Below are positions 1-8,569 of a stretch of DNA of 32,000 nt, one piece after another. Made by a program: the position numbers and the translations under genes. The stretch is from Nitrosopumilus sp. b3. Lineage in GTDB: Archaea; Thermoproteota; Nitrososphaeria; Nitrososphaerales; Nitrosopumilaceae. Every line of letters begins with the position of its first letter. Within the stretch, counting starts at the first letter, position 1. Location of the stretch: the NCBI RefSeq assembly GCF_014078525.1, contig NZ_MU078696.1, positions 83,873-115,872 on the forward strand. Reading direction: 5' to 3'. The notes beneath the pieces are model-generated. The model was not told where the DNA came from and searched no databases. It was given only the letters and a program-made list of their open reading frames with translations.

Positions 1-840
1 AAAATAAGATTTCTTAATAGAACCAAAAAGTCTGCTGGTTATAAACATAATTTTATACAAAAATACTTTTCATCTTTTTATAATTACTTCTTACGTAAAG
101 AACTTCCTATAACTAAATTTCCAGTTTTGCATTTACTTCCAGATCCATCATGGATAGAACCTCTTAAAAAAATCGGTATTCCACAAGAAAAATTATGTGT
201 TACTGGCAGTCCTTATTGGGATCAGTTATATAGAAATTCAAAAAATTATGTTCCAAAACAAACTGTTTCCAAGAAAATTTCAATCTTGATAATCACTGAC
301 GCATTATTGGAACATGGTATATGGAATAAAAATAAATTTACATCATTTATCACCAACTTAATAAATGAATTGTCAAAAAAATCGGAATTTTCATTTTCAT
401 TTAAGATACATCCTGCATCTGAAAACAAAACAAAATATCATAATCTATTTCAAAAATTAAGAAATGATTCAAAAATTTATCAAAATGAAAATATTTGGGA
501 TATTTTAGGACAATATGATCTAGTTATAACATTTGGATTTTCAACAATTCATTCTGAACTTTCATTGGTAGGGGCAAAGATGATTTTACTAGATTTCAAT
601 TTCAATTTTCCTTTATTTCCTTTTGTTAAAGAAGGATTAGAATTTGGGAATGTTATGAAATGCACTGATATATCTCATTTAAATGACATGATTATTGATT
701 TTACAAATAATGCCAACATTTCAAACAAATCGTTTAACTCAACTAAAAATTTTCTCTATAAATTTGATGGAAAATCAGGATTACGAGTTAGTGAAGAATT
801 AATTAAAATAATTAATCAAAATTTACCAGAAAAAAAATAA
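1..840 (+). CDS. 5'-truncated CDS; C-terminal part of a GT-B-fold (TagF/capsule-type) glycosyl- or glycerophosphotransferase-like protein
   Basis: Frame 1 has no stop from nt 1 up to the TTG at 127 used by the ORF track, so the gene most likely runs off the left edge. KIHPASEN...DLVITFGFSTIHSELSLVGAKMILLD resembles the HP...(I/V)IT..S...E C-terminal donor-binding half of TagF/KpsS-like enzymes. Pattern-level assignment only. Confidence 0.4.
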   Translation, partial: KIRFLNRTKKSAGYKHNFIQKYFSSFYNYFLRKELPITKFPVLHLLPDPSWIEPLKKIGIPQEKLCVTGSPYWDQLYRNSKNYVPKQTVSKKISILIITDALLEHGIWNKNKFTSFITNLINELSKKSEFSFSFKIHPASENKTKYHNLFQKLRNDSKIYQNENIWDILGQYDLVITFGFSTIHSELSLVGAKMILLDFNFNFPLFPFVKEGLEFGNVMKCTDISHLNDMIIDFTNNANISNKSFNSTKNFLYKFDGKSGLRVSEELIKIINQNLPEKK

Positions 841-956
841 ATTTAATTTTAATGATCATTTTGACTCTGATTCAAAAGACATTGAATCACTTTAATGCTT
901 TATTTAAAATACTATATTTTAAAAAGGATTAATAGATTCAAAAATTAAACAATACT

Positions 957-2273
957 GTGGACAGATCATTAACAAATTCTAACAATCTTAAGAATAGAGC
1001 AAAAAAAGTAGTTCCTCATCTTACTGGAACTTTTAGTAGAGCTGCCCCATCATATGTTGAAGGAGTTTTCCCTGTATATGCTCAATCTGCAAAAGGTTCT
1101 CATTTTATTGATGTGGATGGAAATGAATACATTGATTATTTGATGGCTTTGGGTCCAATAACACTTGGTTATAACTATGAACCCGTTAACCAAGCTATAA
1201 TTTCACAGTTAAAAGAGGGGATTCTATTTTCTCTCCCACATCCTATAGAGGTAAAATTATCTGAAAAAATTTGTGAAGTAATCCCATATGCAGACATGGC
1301 AAAATTTGAAAAATCTGGTTCAAATGCAGTAACTGCAGCAGTTCGTGCGGCTCGAGCTTTTACTAAAAGAGATAAAATTGCTTATTGTGGTTCTGGCGGT
1401 GTATGGCATGACTGGCAAGCTGCAATGGTCAGTAGAGATGGTGGAGTTCCAAAATTTAATTCTGAATTGATAAAAATCTTTGATTATAATGATGTAGATG
1501 GTCTAGAACAAATTTTTGAAGATAATAAAAATGAGATTGCCGCTGTAGTTTTAGAACCAACCATGTATGAGCAACCACAAAATGATTTCCTTGATAAAGT
1601 TAGAAAAATAGCAACTCAGAATGACTCTCTTTTAGTTTTAGATGAAATTGTAACTGGATTCAGATTTGATATTGCGGGTGCACAAAAATATTTCAACATT
1701 AAAGGTGATCTGGTTTGCTTTGGTAAGGGGATGGGAAACGGCCTTCCAATTTCTTGCATTACTGGCCCATCTGAATTTATGAAAACTTTTGATGAATTAT
1801 GGGTTTCTTCCACAAATAACAGTGAAAATCTTTCTCTTGCAGGAACTTATGCGGTTATTAAAGAAATGGAAGAAAAGAACACAATATCTCATTGTTGGGA
1901 TATTGGAAAAAAATTATTTTACGGATGGAATAAAACTGTCGAAAAATTTGGTTTAGATGCAAAGATGTATGGCTATCCGATACGAATGCACATGCAATGC
2001 TTTGATTCAACTAAGAAGGAATCCCTTTCAATGAAATCTCTCATATTACAGGAAATGATAAAAAAAGGCATTTTTATGTCTGTGTTAGGAGGTACTTTCA
2101 TTTGTTTTTCTCATTCTGAAAAAGATATTGAAAATACCCTAACTGCTTTGGAAAGTGCATGTGAATTTGTAACTAAAAATGTTAAAAATGAAAATTACGG
2201 AGATTTTTTAGAAGGATTAATGCCAAAATCAATTTGGTCCATGAAAATATTTCCGACAAAAAAGAATTTTTAA
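957..2273 (+). CDS. Class-III PLP aminotransferase (glutamate-1-semialdehyde aminomutase-like), probably a sugar/glycan-pathway aminotransferase
   Basis: GTG start. Family hallmarks are DVDGNEYIDY, KSGSNAVTAAVRAAR, LDEIVTGFR and CFGKGMGNGLPIS (putative PLP lysine). Its stop lies 1 nt from the stop of the convergent cytidylyltransferase gene. Confidence 0.8.
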   Translation: MDRSLTNSNNLKNRAKKVVPHLTGTFSRAAPSYVEGVFPVYAQSAKGSHFIDVDGNEYIDYLMALGPITLGYNYEPVNQAIISQLKEGILFSLPHPIEVKLSEKICEVIPYADMAKFEKSGSNAVTAAVRAARAFTKRDKIAYCGSGGVWHDWQAAMVSRDGGVPKFNSELIKIFDYNDVDGLEQIFEDNKNEIAAVVLEPTMYEQPQNDFLDKVRKIATQNDSLLVLDEIVTGFRFDIAGAQKYFNIKGDLVCFGKGMGNGLPISCITGPSEFMKTFDELWVSSTNNSENLSLAGTYAVIKEMEEKNTISHCWDIGKKLFYGWNKTVEKFGLDAKMYGYPIRMHMQCFDSTKKESLSMKSLILQEMIKKGIFMSVLGGTFICFSHSEKDIENTLTALESACEFVTKNVKNENYGDFLEGLMPKSIWSMKIFPTKKNF

Positions 2274-2274
2274 T

Positions 2275-3018
2275 TCATTTTATACTTGCATTGAATTTAG
2301 CTTGATTTTCAAGAAACTCTTTTTGTCTATAAAAATTTATTTCAATTATCTCTTTGTTATGTTTTAAATATTCTAAAATTTCTTCTCCACTGGATTCTAT
2401 TTCTATTTCTTTATATAATCTTCTAAAAAATTCTAGATCTTCTTCATAATCTAAAGTAAATCTTACATTTTCATTTTTTTCAAATTCTTTTAATATAACT
2501 AAATCACTGGTGAGATTAGCTTTTTCAATAAATCTAGTTATTACATCTGTGTTGGTTTCTTCTAGATTAGCTATAGAATATAGTTTTTCAATTCCTTTTT
2601 TATTAATTGCATATGTAAAAAACCCTGTAATGATTTCTTTGGGGTGTGTAATCAAATCTACTGATTTCGCTTTTAATTCTGATATGGCTCTTTTACCTAT
2701 TTCATAATTATATGATAAATCATCCCCATCAACTAAAAGTGCATTTTCAATATCAAATTTATTAAAACAATCAAACCATCTTTTAATTTTATTTAATAAT
2801 GATCCTCGAAAAATTTTCACATTATTTTTTTTTGCTATTTCTTCAAATATATCATCGTCTTTTGACTTTGATGTTGCTAAAATTACTGTAAATCCTGTTT
2901 TTTTTGCTCTCTTAATTACGACCTCTATTGTTTTTAATTCTCCTTTGACGTTCATTATTGCTTTATTACGCAAACGTGTAGATGAATTTCTCACAGTGAC
3001 TATGGCAGCATCACTCAT
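2275..3018 (-). CDS. Acylneuraminate cytidylyltransferase-family protein (SpsF/NeuA-like CMP-sugar synthetase)
   Basis: N-terminal AAIVTVRNSSTRLRNKA matches the R-x-S-x-R-L-x-x-K nucleotide-binding loop of the CTP_transf_3 family. Last gene of the neuB-like minus-strand operon, with a 4-nt gap to gmd. Confidence 0.65.
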   Translation of the reverse strand: MSDAAIVTVRNSSTRLRNKAIMNVKGELKTIEVVIKRAKKTGFTVILATSKSKDDDIFEEIAKKNNVKIFRGSLLNKIKRWFDCFNKFDIENALLVDGDDLSYNYEIGKRAISELKAKSVDLITHPKEIITGFFTYAINKKGIEKLYSIANLEETNTDVITRFIEKANLTSDLVILKEFEKNENVRFTLDYEEDLEFFRRLYKEIEIESSGEEILEYLKHNKEIIEINFYRQKEFLENQAKFNASIK

Positions 3019-3022
3019 TTCT

Positions 3023-4003
3023 TCAAAAACTCAATGAATGTGATTTGTGGTATTCTATATCATGTTCAACCATCTTTTTCACTAATTCTTTAAAACTTGT
3101 TTTAGATTTCCATCCAATCTTTTCTTTTGCTTTTGAGGCATCTCCCACTAAATCTTCTATGTCCGTTGGTCTCATTACTGATTGATCAATTTCTACGAAA
3201 TCGTGCCAGTCTCCTAATCCTGCATAATCTGTTGCCAGGGTCAGAAATTCTTCAACCGAGTGGGATTCTCCTGTTGCAATTACATAATCATCAGGGTTTT
3301 TTTGCTGTAACATCATCCACATAGCTTCTACATAATCACCTGCAAATCCCCAGTCTCTTTTTGCGTAAATGTTTCCGAGTTTAAGTTTTTTTTGTTTTCC
3401 CAATTTAATTTCTGCAAGTGTCCAAGAAATTTTTCTTGTTACAAATTCAAGACCTCGCAATGGTGATTCGTGATTAAATAAAATTCCACAACATGCAAAA
3501 ATATTGTATGCTTCTCTATAATGATTTGATATATTATGTGCAAAAACTTTTGCTACTCCATAAGGACTTCTTGGAATAAATGGTGATTCTTCATTTTTTA
3601 TTCCAATATAATTCCCATACATTTCACTTGATGATGCTTGATAAAATTTTGCGTCTGGAGTATTTTCTTTTACAGCTTCTAATATTCTCAAAACACCTAA
3701 CCCTGTAATATCCGAAGTTAGAATTGGTTGTTGAAATGAAGCTCCTACAAATGACTGAGCAGCCAAATTGTAAATTTCATCAGGCATGGATTTTTTTATG
3801 GCAGATTGAATTGAACCATAATCTGCTAAATCAGCTTTGATTGTTGTTACTTTATCAAAAATGCTAATTTCTTCTAATCTCTCAAAACATTTGTGACTAG
3901 TACGCCTAAAAGTTCCAGAAACATTGTATCCTTTATCTAACAAAAATTTTGCTAAATAAGTACCATCTTGACCGGTTAATCCAAAGATTAATGCATTTTT
4001 CAA
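3023..4003 (-). CDS. gmd: GDP-mannose 4,6-dehydratase
   Basis: ALIFGLTGQDGTYLAKFLLDKGYNV, FYQASSSEMYG, SPYGVAKVFAH (YxxxK) and GILFNHESPLRGLEFVTRKI are near-canonical Gmd motifs. 4-nt start/stop overlap with the upstream gene. Confidence 0.85.
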   Translation of the reverse strand: MKNALIFGLTGQDGTYLAKFLLDKGYNVSGTFRRTSHKCFERLEEISIFDKVTTIKADLADYGSIQSAIKKSMPDEIYNLAAQSFVGASFQQPILTSDITGLGVLRILEAVKENTPDAKFYQASSSEMYGNYIGIKNEESPFIPRSPYGVAKVFAHNISNHYREAYNIFACCGILFNHESPLRGLEFVTRKISWTLAEIKLGKQKKLKLGNIYAKRDWGFAGDYVEAMWMMLQQKNPDDYVIATGESHSVEEFLTLATDYAGLGDWHDFVEIDQSVMRPTDIEDLVGDASKAKEKIGWKSKTSFKELVKKMVEHDIEYHKSHSLSF

Positions 4004-4821
4004 TTTAGTATCAATCCTGCCTCAGTTATTTTCTGTAGGAATTCCCTAAAACCCTTTCCACCATTTTCATGCCCTTTCCAAACTTCTATTGCAAATCCTT
4101 TATCTTGATGCCTATTTAAAATTGGTATAATCTTTTCAAATTCCATACTGCCTTCTCCATATTGCAATCCTTCTCCATCAATACCATCTGCATCTGAAAT
4201 ATGAAAATGATCCACATTATTTTGAATAATATTAAGTTGATCAATTAATGAAATCTGTTTTGTGTTACAATAAAGTTGGGCATGACACAAATCATAACAT
4301 ACTTTGAGATTCAGTTCTTTACAATATTGATTCATGTCATTTGCATCAAGAAAAACATTCGAATTCCATCTACCACCAAAAAACCATGCATAAGGCGGCA
4401 TATTTTCCATCAAAAAATTTACTTTGCTGATATCTAATTTTTCAACAGCCTTTGTAATGCTGGTTTTAACCTTCTCTTTATTTTCTCTGCTTATTTCTGT
4501 TAGTGAATAACCACCAGGATGTACAATTATTGATGGTCTTCCTTGGAATTGTTCACTTAACTTAACTGTTTTATCTATTGCTTTTTGAATCAATTCTATT
4601 GTTTTTTCTTGAGAATGTATTTGATTTGTTTCTCCTAAACTGACTATATCTAATAACTTTCTTTCAAAATATTCATAACAATGAACAATTAATCTCTGTT
4701 CAAATTTTTGCTCTAATTCTAAATTTAAATCACTATCTGAAAAATGGAATTCTAAAATTTTTGGTTTAAATAACAACATGTCATCTAAGTCTTGTTTTCT
4801 TACTTTCATTCCTAAAATCAT
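4000..4821 (-). CDS. Xylose-isomerase-like TIM-barrel protein (sugar phosphate isomerase/epimerase family)
   Basis: IVHPGG, LMENMPP, CHAQ and HFHISDADG fit the AP-endonuclease-2/xylose isomerase-like TIM barrel pattern. Translationally coupled (4-nt overlaps) on both sides. Confidence 0.55.
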   Translation of the reverse strand: MILGMKVRKQDLDDMLLFKPKILEFHFSDSDLNLELEQKFEQRLIVHCYEYFERKLLDIVSLGETNQIHSQEKTIELIQKAIDKTVKLSEQFQGRPSIIVHPGGYSLTEISRENKEKVKTSITKAVEKLDISKVNFLMENMPPYAWFFGGRWNSNVFLDANDMNQYCKELNLKVCYDLCHAQLYCNTKQISLIDQLNIIQNNVDHFHISDADGIDGEGLQYGEGSMEFEKIIPILNRHQDKGFAIEVWKGHENGGKGFREFLQKITEAGLILN

Positions 4822-5867
4822 AAATCATCATCTTGAATGTAATTGCCTTTTTTTATTCCCCGTTTTGATTTTTTGCCCAATATATCATAAAAAAATTGAG
4901 GTGAAAGTCCTTTTGCAGGTCCTTTGACCTCAAGATTATCTTCTGAAAAGACATCTCCTTTATTTACATCAATTTTTACAACTATGCTTTTTCCTAAAAC
5001 TTCTTTTTGTAGAATTTCCCCTCTAGTCATTTTTTTTATGGGTTTTCCTTTTGCTTTTTCTGCTTCTCTGATATTTTTTACCAATTCTTTAAATTCATTG
5101 GGTTCTAGTGATGCAGCTTGATCTAAACCCTCCATCGTTTTATCTAATGTAATGTGCCTTTCAATCATCACTGCTCCTAATACTGTTGCTGCTAGCGTAC
5201 TAACAATTCCTGATTCATGTCCACTGTATCCTATAGGAACTTGAAATTTATTTTTTAATACAGGTATGAGTTCTAAATTTAGTGTTTCAACGGGAGCTGG
5301 ATATGTGCTATTACAATGAAGTAAAACGAACTGAGCATTGTTTTTTTCTAAAAAATATACGGTTCTTTCTATTTCTTCCATATTTGACATTCCTGTGGAA
5401 ACAATTAATGGCTTACCTGTTTTAATTATGTAAAGTAATAAAGGAAAATTTGTCAAATCTGCCGAGGCAATTTTGTATGCTGGAAGATTAAATTGTTCGA
5501 GGAAGTCTACACTAGGTATATCCCATGGAGTACATAGAAATGTAATGTTTTTTTGCTTACAATATTGAACTAATTGCTTATAATCTTCATCTTTGAATTC
5601 TACTTCTTTAAGAACATCTATTAGAATCTCTAAACCCTGACTCTCAATATTAGGATTTTTTAAAACATCTTCTCTATAAAGATCCTTTAAGGATCTTTTT
5701 TGAAATTTTACTGCGTTCACTCCTGCATCACATGCTTCATCGATAAGCTTTTTTGCAGTTTCAATATTGCCATTATGATTTATTCCGATTTCCGCAATTA
5801 TGTAAGATGGGTATTGTGAACCAATAATCTCATCTCCAATATTGATTTCATTATGAATTTCTGTCAT
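4818..5867 (-). CDS. neuB: NeuB-family nonulosonic acid synthase (N-acetylneuraminate/legionaminate/pseudaminate synthase-like) with C-terminal SAF domain
   Basis: YIIAEIGINHNGNIETAKKLIDEACDAGVNAVKFQKR and LLHCNSTYPAP match the family. The C-terminal SIVVKIDVNKGDVFSEDNLEVKGP is SAF-like. First gene of a 4-gene minus-strand operon. Confidence 0.85.
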   Translation of the reverse strand: MTEIHNEINIGDEIIGSQYPSYIIAEIGINHNGNIETAKKLIDEACDAGVNAVKFQKRSLKDLYREDVLKNPNIESQGLEILIDVLKEVEFKDEDYKQLVQYCKQKNITFLCTPWDIPSVDFLEQFNLPAYKIASADLTNFPLLLYIIKTGKPLIVSTGMSNMEEIERTVYFLEKNNAQFVLLHCNSTYPAPVETLNLELIPVLKNKFQVPIGYSGHESGIVSTLAATVLGAVMIERHITLDKTMEGLDQAASLEPNEFKELVKNIREAEKAKGKPIKKMTRGEILQKEVLGKSIVVKIDVNKGDVFSEDNLEVKGPAKGLSPQFFYDILGKKSKRGIKKGNYIQDDDL

Positions 5868-5954
5868 TTGTTACTAGAAAAATTTTAGAGTATTTTAACG
5901 TGATTTTAGTTTCAATTTTTCAAAAGGGATATTTAATACCCTCAAAAATGATGA

Positions 5955-6962
5955 ATGTTCATGCAAATTTTGGTTGTTGGTTTAGGCTCAATGGGTAAAC
6001 GAAGAATTAGAAGCTTGATGAAACTTGGTTTTAAAAATATTATTGGATTTGATCCTAGATCTGACAGGCGTAGTGAATCAGAAAAATTATATAAAATATC
6101 CACCGTTTCAACAATAAAAGAGGCTATTCAAAAAAAACTTTATTGTATGATTATTTCGACTCCGCCTGATTCTCATTACAAGTATGCATCAATTGCAATA
6201 AAAAACAACATTCATTTTTTTACAGAAGTAAATCTTTCATCATATGATGTTAAAAAAATTATTGTACAATTAAATAAAAAATCTATTATTGGATTACCCT
6301 CAAATACACTTCTACATCACCCGCTAATTAAAAAATTAAAAATACTTTTGAAACAAAATCAAATTGGAAATACTTTAACGGTATATCATCATTTTGGACA
6401 TTATTTACCTAACTGGCATCCATGGGAAGATTATAGAGAATTTTATGCATCTAAGAAAAAAACAGGCGCAGCAAGAGAAATAATTCCCTTTGAATTAGTT
6501 TGGTTAACATATTTGTTTTCTAAAATCAAATCTGTTTATGGAAGTATTCACAAAGTTTCTAATCTTAAAACTAACATTAATGATCTTTACCAAATAATAA
6601 TTGAGTTTTCAAATGGCATTCAATGTATTATGGTAATTGATGTAATTTCTGATCCTGCATTTAGCCAAACAAAAATTATTGGTCAAAAAGGAGTTATCCT
6701 TTGTGATCATAATGAAGGAACAATTAAGATAGGAAAATCTTCTAAATGGAAAACAATTCAAATCAAATCTGGTGAAGTTGCAAAGGGATACAAAGGAAAT
6801 ACTCCGTCAGAATCATTATATGTTGATGAAATGAACCAATTTATGGTTGCAATTAAACAGAAAAAACAACCTCGATATACCTTTAATGATGAATTAAAAA
6901 TTTTAAAGATTTTGGATGCTATTGAACTAAGTGATAAAAGATCTAGAAAAATAAATCTATAA
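5955..6962 (+). CDS. Gfo/Idh/MocA-family NAD(P)-dependent oxidoreductase
   Basis: ILVVGLGSMGKRR Rossmann start and ISTPPDSHYKYASIAIKNNIHFFTE (the family's TP..H...A..A...G.H...E pattern). The start could be ATG 5955 or ATG 5961. Confidence 0.65.
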   Translation: MFMQILVVGLGSMGKRRIRSLMKLGFKNIIGFDPRSDRRSESEKLYKISTVSTIKEAIQKKLYCMIISTPPDSHYKYASIAIKNNIHFFTEVNLSSYDVKKIIVQLNKKSIIGLPSNTLLHHPLIKKLKILLKQNQIGNTLTVYHHFGHYLPNWHPWEDYREFYASKKKTGAAREIIPFELVWLTYLFSKIKSVYGSIHKVSNLKTNINDLYQIIIEFSNGIQCIMVIDVISDPAFSQTKIIGQKGVILCDHNEGTIKIGKSSKWKTIQIKSGEVAKGYKGNTPSESLYVDEMNQFMVAIKQKKQPRYTFNDELKILKILDAIELSDKRSRKINL

Positions 6963-7014
6963 AAATAATATAAAAATCAACTCCGAATACTTTGTAGTAA
7001 TTAAATTATATAAT

Positions 7015-7109
7015 ATGTACTTTAAATAGAAATGTAATGTGATGAAAACATGAAAGCAAACTTTAAGATCAAAAAGGATGAAGAACAAAATAATAATGAA
7101 GAATTGTCA
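7015..7109 (+). repeat. Direct repeat copy 1 (95 bp, identical to 7215-7309): TATA-like box plus the first 20 codons of a small ORF
   Basis: Base-by-base comparison: atgtactttaaatagaaatgtaatgtgatgaaaacatgaaagcaaac...gaattgtca is identical in both copies. The flanking bases differ on both sides (t/c at 7014/7214 and at 7110/7310). Confidence 0.95.
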
Positions 7110-7202
7110 TCAAAAGAGAAAGAGATCACTAATGAGGAATTTATAAAAAAAGGAATGAATGTTTGGACATATAGATCTAAATCTGGATTAAATATTAAAT
7201 AG
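7050..7202 (+). CDS. Small charged hypothetical protein (50 aa), paralog of 7250-7441; below the ORF-track length cutoff
   Basis: Hand-translated: MKANFKIKKDEEQNNNEELSSKEKEITNEEFIKKGMNVWTYRSKSGLNIK, stop TAG 7200-7202. TTTAAATA box at 7021-7028, about 22 nt before the ATG, compatible with a leaderless mRNA. Confidence 0.4.
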   Translation: MKANFKIKKDEEQNNNEELSSKEKEITNEEFIKKGMNVWTYRSKSGLNIK

Positions 7203-7214
7203 AAACTATTTCAC

Positions 7215-7309
7215 ATGTACTTTAAATAGAAATGTAATGTGATGAAAACATGAAAGCAAACTTTAAGATCAAAAAGGATGAAGAACAAAATAATAATGAA
7301 GAATTGTCA
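7215..7309 (+). repeat. Direct repeat copy 2 (95 bp, identical to 7015-7109)
   Basis: Exactly 200 bp downstream of copy 1. Covers the TATA-like box and codons 1-20 of ORF 7250-7441. Confidence 0.95.
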
Positions 7310-7441
7310 CATGTTGAGAACAAAGTGATCAATGATGAGGAATTTGAAAATTATATTAAAAAAACAGGTGCTGCAGGATCATTTATGGTATTTAGAAATT
7401 TTAAGAAAAAACAAGATGAATTAGGCATTGATGAGATTTAA
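7250..7441 (+). CDS. Small charged hypothetical protein (63 aa)
   Basis: ORF-track entry. The first 20 aa are identical to the 7050-7202 ORF. The remainder is recognisably related but diverged (E-x-I-x-N-(D)-EEF). Confidence 0.45.
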   Translation: MKANFKIKKDEEQNNNEELSHVENKVINDEEFENYIKKTGAAGSFMVFRNFKKKQDELGIDEI

Positions 7442-7451
7442 TAAATGAATA

Positions 7452-8528
7452 ATGTCTGCGGATAATGAGTTTATTTTATCAGAAAATACTTTACTTAAAC
7501 TATTAAAAACAAAGAAAGAATCTGGATTTGAGGAAAAAACTTGGGATGAATGGTTTTTACATGTTTTTTCCAACGAAGGGGAGAAATCATCAAATGATAA
7601 AATTATAGATGATTTTTTTTATAACAATGACTTTGAACAATGGATAAAAAATTTTGCATTAAATTTAAATGATATTCAAAATGAATCCTCAGCAAAAAAT
7701 ATTTTTCATGATGATAACAAAAATGACTTTGCAATAGTTATCGGTGCTGGACCTTCATTAAAAAAAAATAAACATTTAGAACAATTAGCAAAAAGCAATT
7801 ATTGTGGAACAATTATTTGCACAGATCGTTCATTAATACCTACATTGAAAGCAGGAGTAACACCGGAAAGATTTCCTTCTTTTTTTGTAATTACAATTGA
7901 TGCATATGAAAAAATTACAAACTATTATGATGATGAAATTGTTAACAAATTTGGTCCTTTAATTAAAGGAATTTTTTCTGTACTTACTTCTCCCAATGTC
8001 ATGAAAAGAGTAAGAAATGCTGGAATCAAAATTCATTGGATACATTCATTATTTGATTATGACGAAGGTAAAAAATCATTTAATCATATTTCTGCTTTGA
8101 TGATTAGATCAAAAAAACCTGATCATAAATTACCTGCAATTCAAACAGGTGGCAATGTTGGAACATCAGGTTGGTTTCTCGCTTGGAAAATATTAAAATG
8201 TAAAACTATCTGTCTAATTGGAATGAATCATGGATGGGAAGAAGATGATCCACAAGATTTAATTTTATCTCATGGTGCTGCAGGAGACATTTCACAACTT
8301 TCATTAGATGATGAAAGTTTTCAAAGAATGTTTCCCAAAATTTTTAATCCCTATTTTCAAACATATTGTATATTAGATCCAATTTTTCAATACTATAGTA
8401 CAACATTCAAAGAATTTATCATTAGGTCTCCAGAAGAAGTAACCACTGTCAATTCTACAGAGGGAGGTTCTTTATTTGGTGACAGAATTACATGTATTAA
8501 ATTCATCGAATTTTTATCAAAATTTTAA
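7452..8528 (+). CDS. DUF115 / MptE-like domain protein (Maf-type putative nonulosonic-acid glycosyltransferase)
   Basis: FAIVIGAGPSLKKNKHLEQLAKSNYCGTIICTDRSLIPTLKAGVTPE...VITIDAYE fits the DUF115 core (G-x-GPSL ... D ... P(D/E) ... D). The 358 aa with an N-terminal extension is longer than the roughly 230 aa I recall for archaeal MptE pterin kinases. It sits beside the NeuB-type module. Confidence 0.55.
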   Translation: MSADNEFILSENTLLKLLKTKKESGFEEKTWDEWFLHVFSNEGEKSSNDKIIDDFFYNNDFEQWIKNFALNLNDIQNESSAKNIFHDDNKNDFAIVIGAGPSLKKNKHLEQLAKSNYCGTIICTDRSLIPTLKAGVTPERFPSFFVITIDAYEKITNYYDDEIVNKFGPLIKGIFSVLTSPNVMKRVRNAGIKIHWIHSLFDYDEGKKSFNHISALMIRSKKPDHKLPAIQTGGNVGTSGWFLAWKILKCKTICLIGMNHGWEEDDPQDLILSHGAAGDISQLSLDDESFQRMFPKIFNPYFQTYCILDPIFQYYSTTFKEFIIRSPEEVTTVNSTEGGSLFGDRITCIKFIEFLSKF

Positions 8529-8569
8529 ATGTAAGTTTATAACATAATTCAAATTACTAATAATGAAAA

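Noticed and set aside
5941-5960. ATGATGA strings (5948-5954 and 10970-10976) as C boxes of C/D-box sRNAs.
   Set aside because: No matching CTGA D box at the expected 50-70 nt distance and no terminal stem. Both strings sit right at gene starts and are more simply explained as start-region sequence.
7015-7309. The repeated 95-bp units as a CRISPR array or other defence-type repeat.
   Set aside because: There are only two copies. The repeat is 95 bp long and contains a promoter plus an ORF start, and the intervening and following DNA is homologous coding sequence. This is a tandem gene duplication, not a repeat-spacer array. No cas-like genes are present.
7452-8528. Calling the DUF115 protein MptE (6-hydroxymethyl-7,8-dihydropterin diphosphokinase).
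   Set aside because: This is possible in principle, because the domain is shared. However, the protein is about 130 aa longer than the roughly 230 aa I recall for MptE, has an unrelated N-terminal extension, and sits in a NeuB/cytidylyltransferase glycan context. I kept it as an alternative, not as the primary call.
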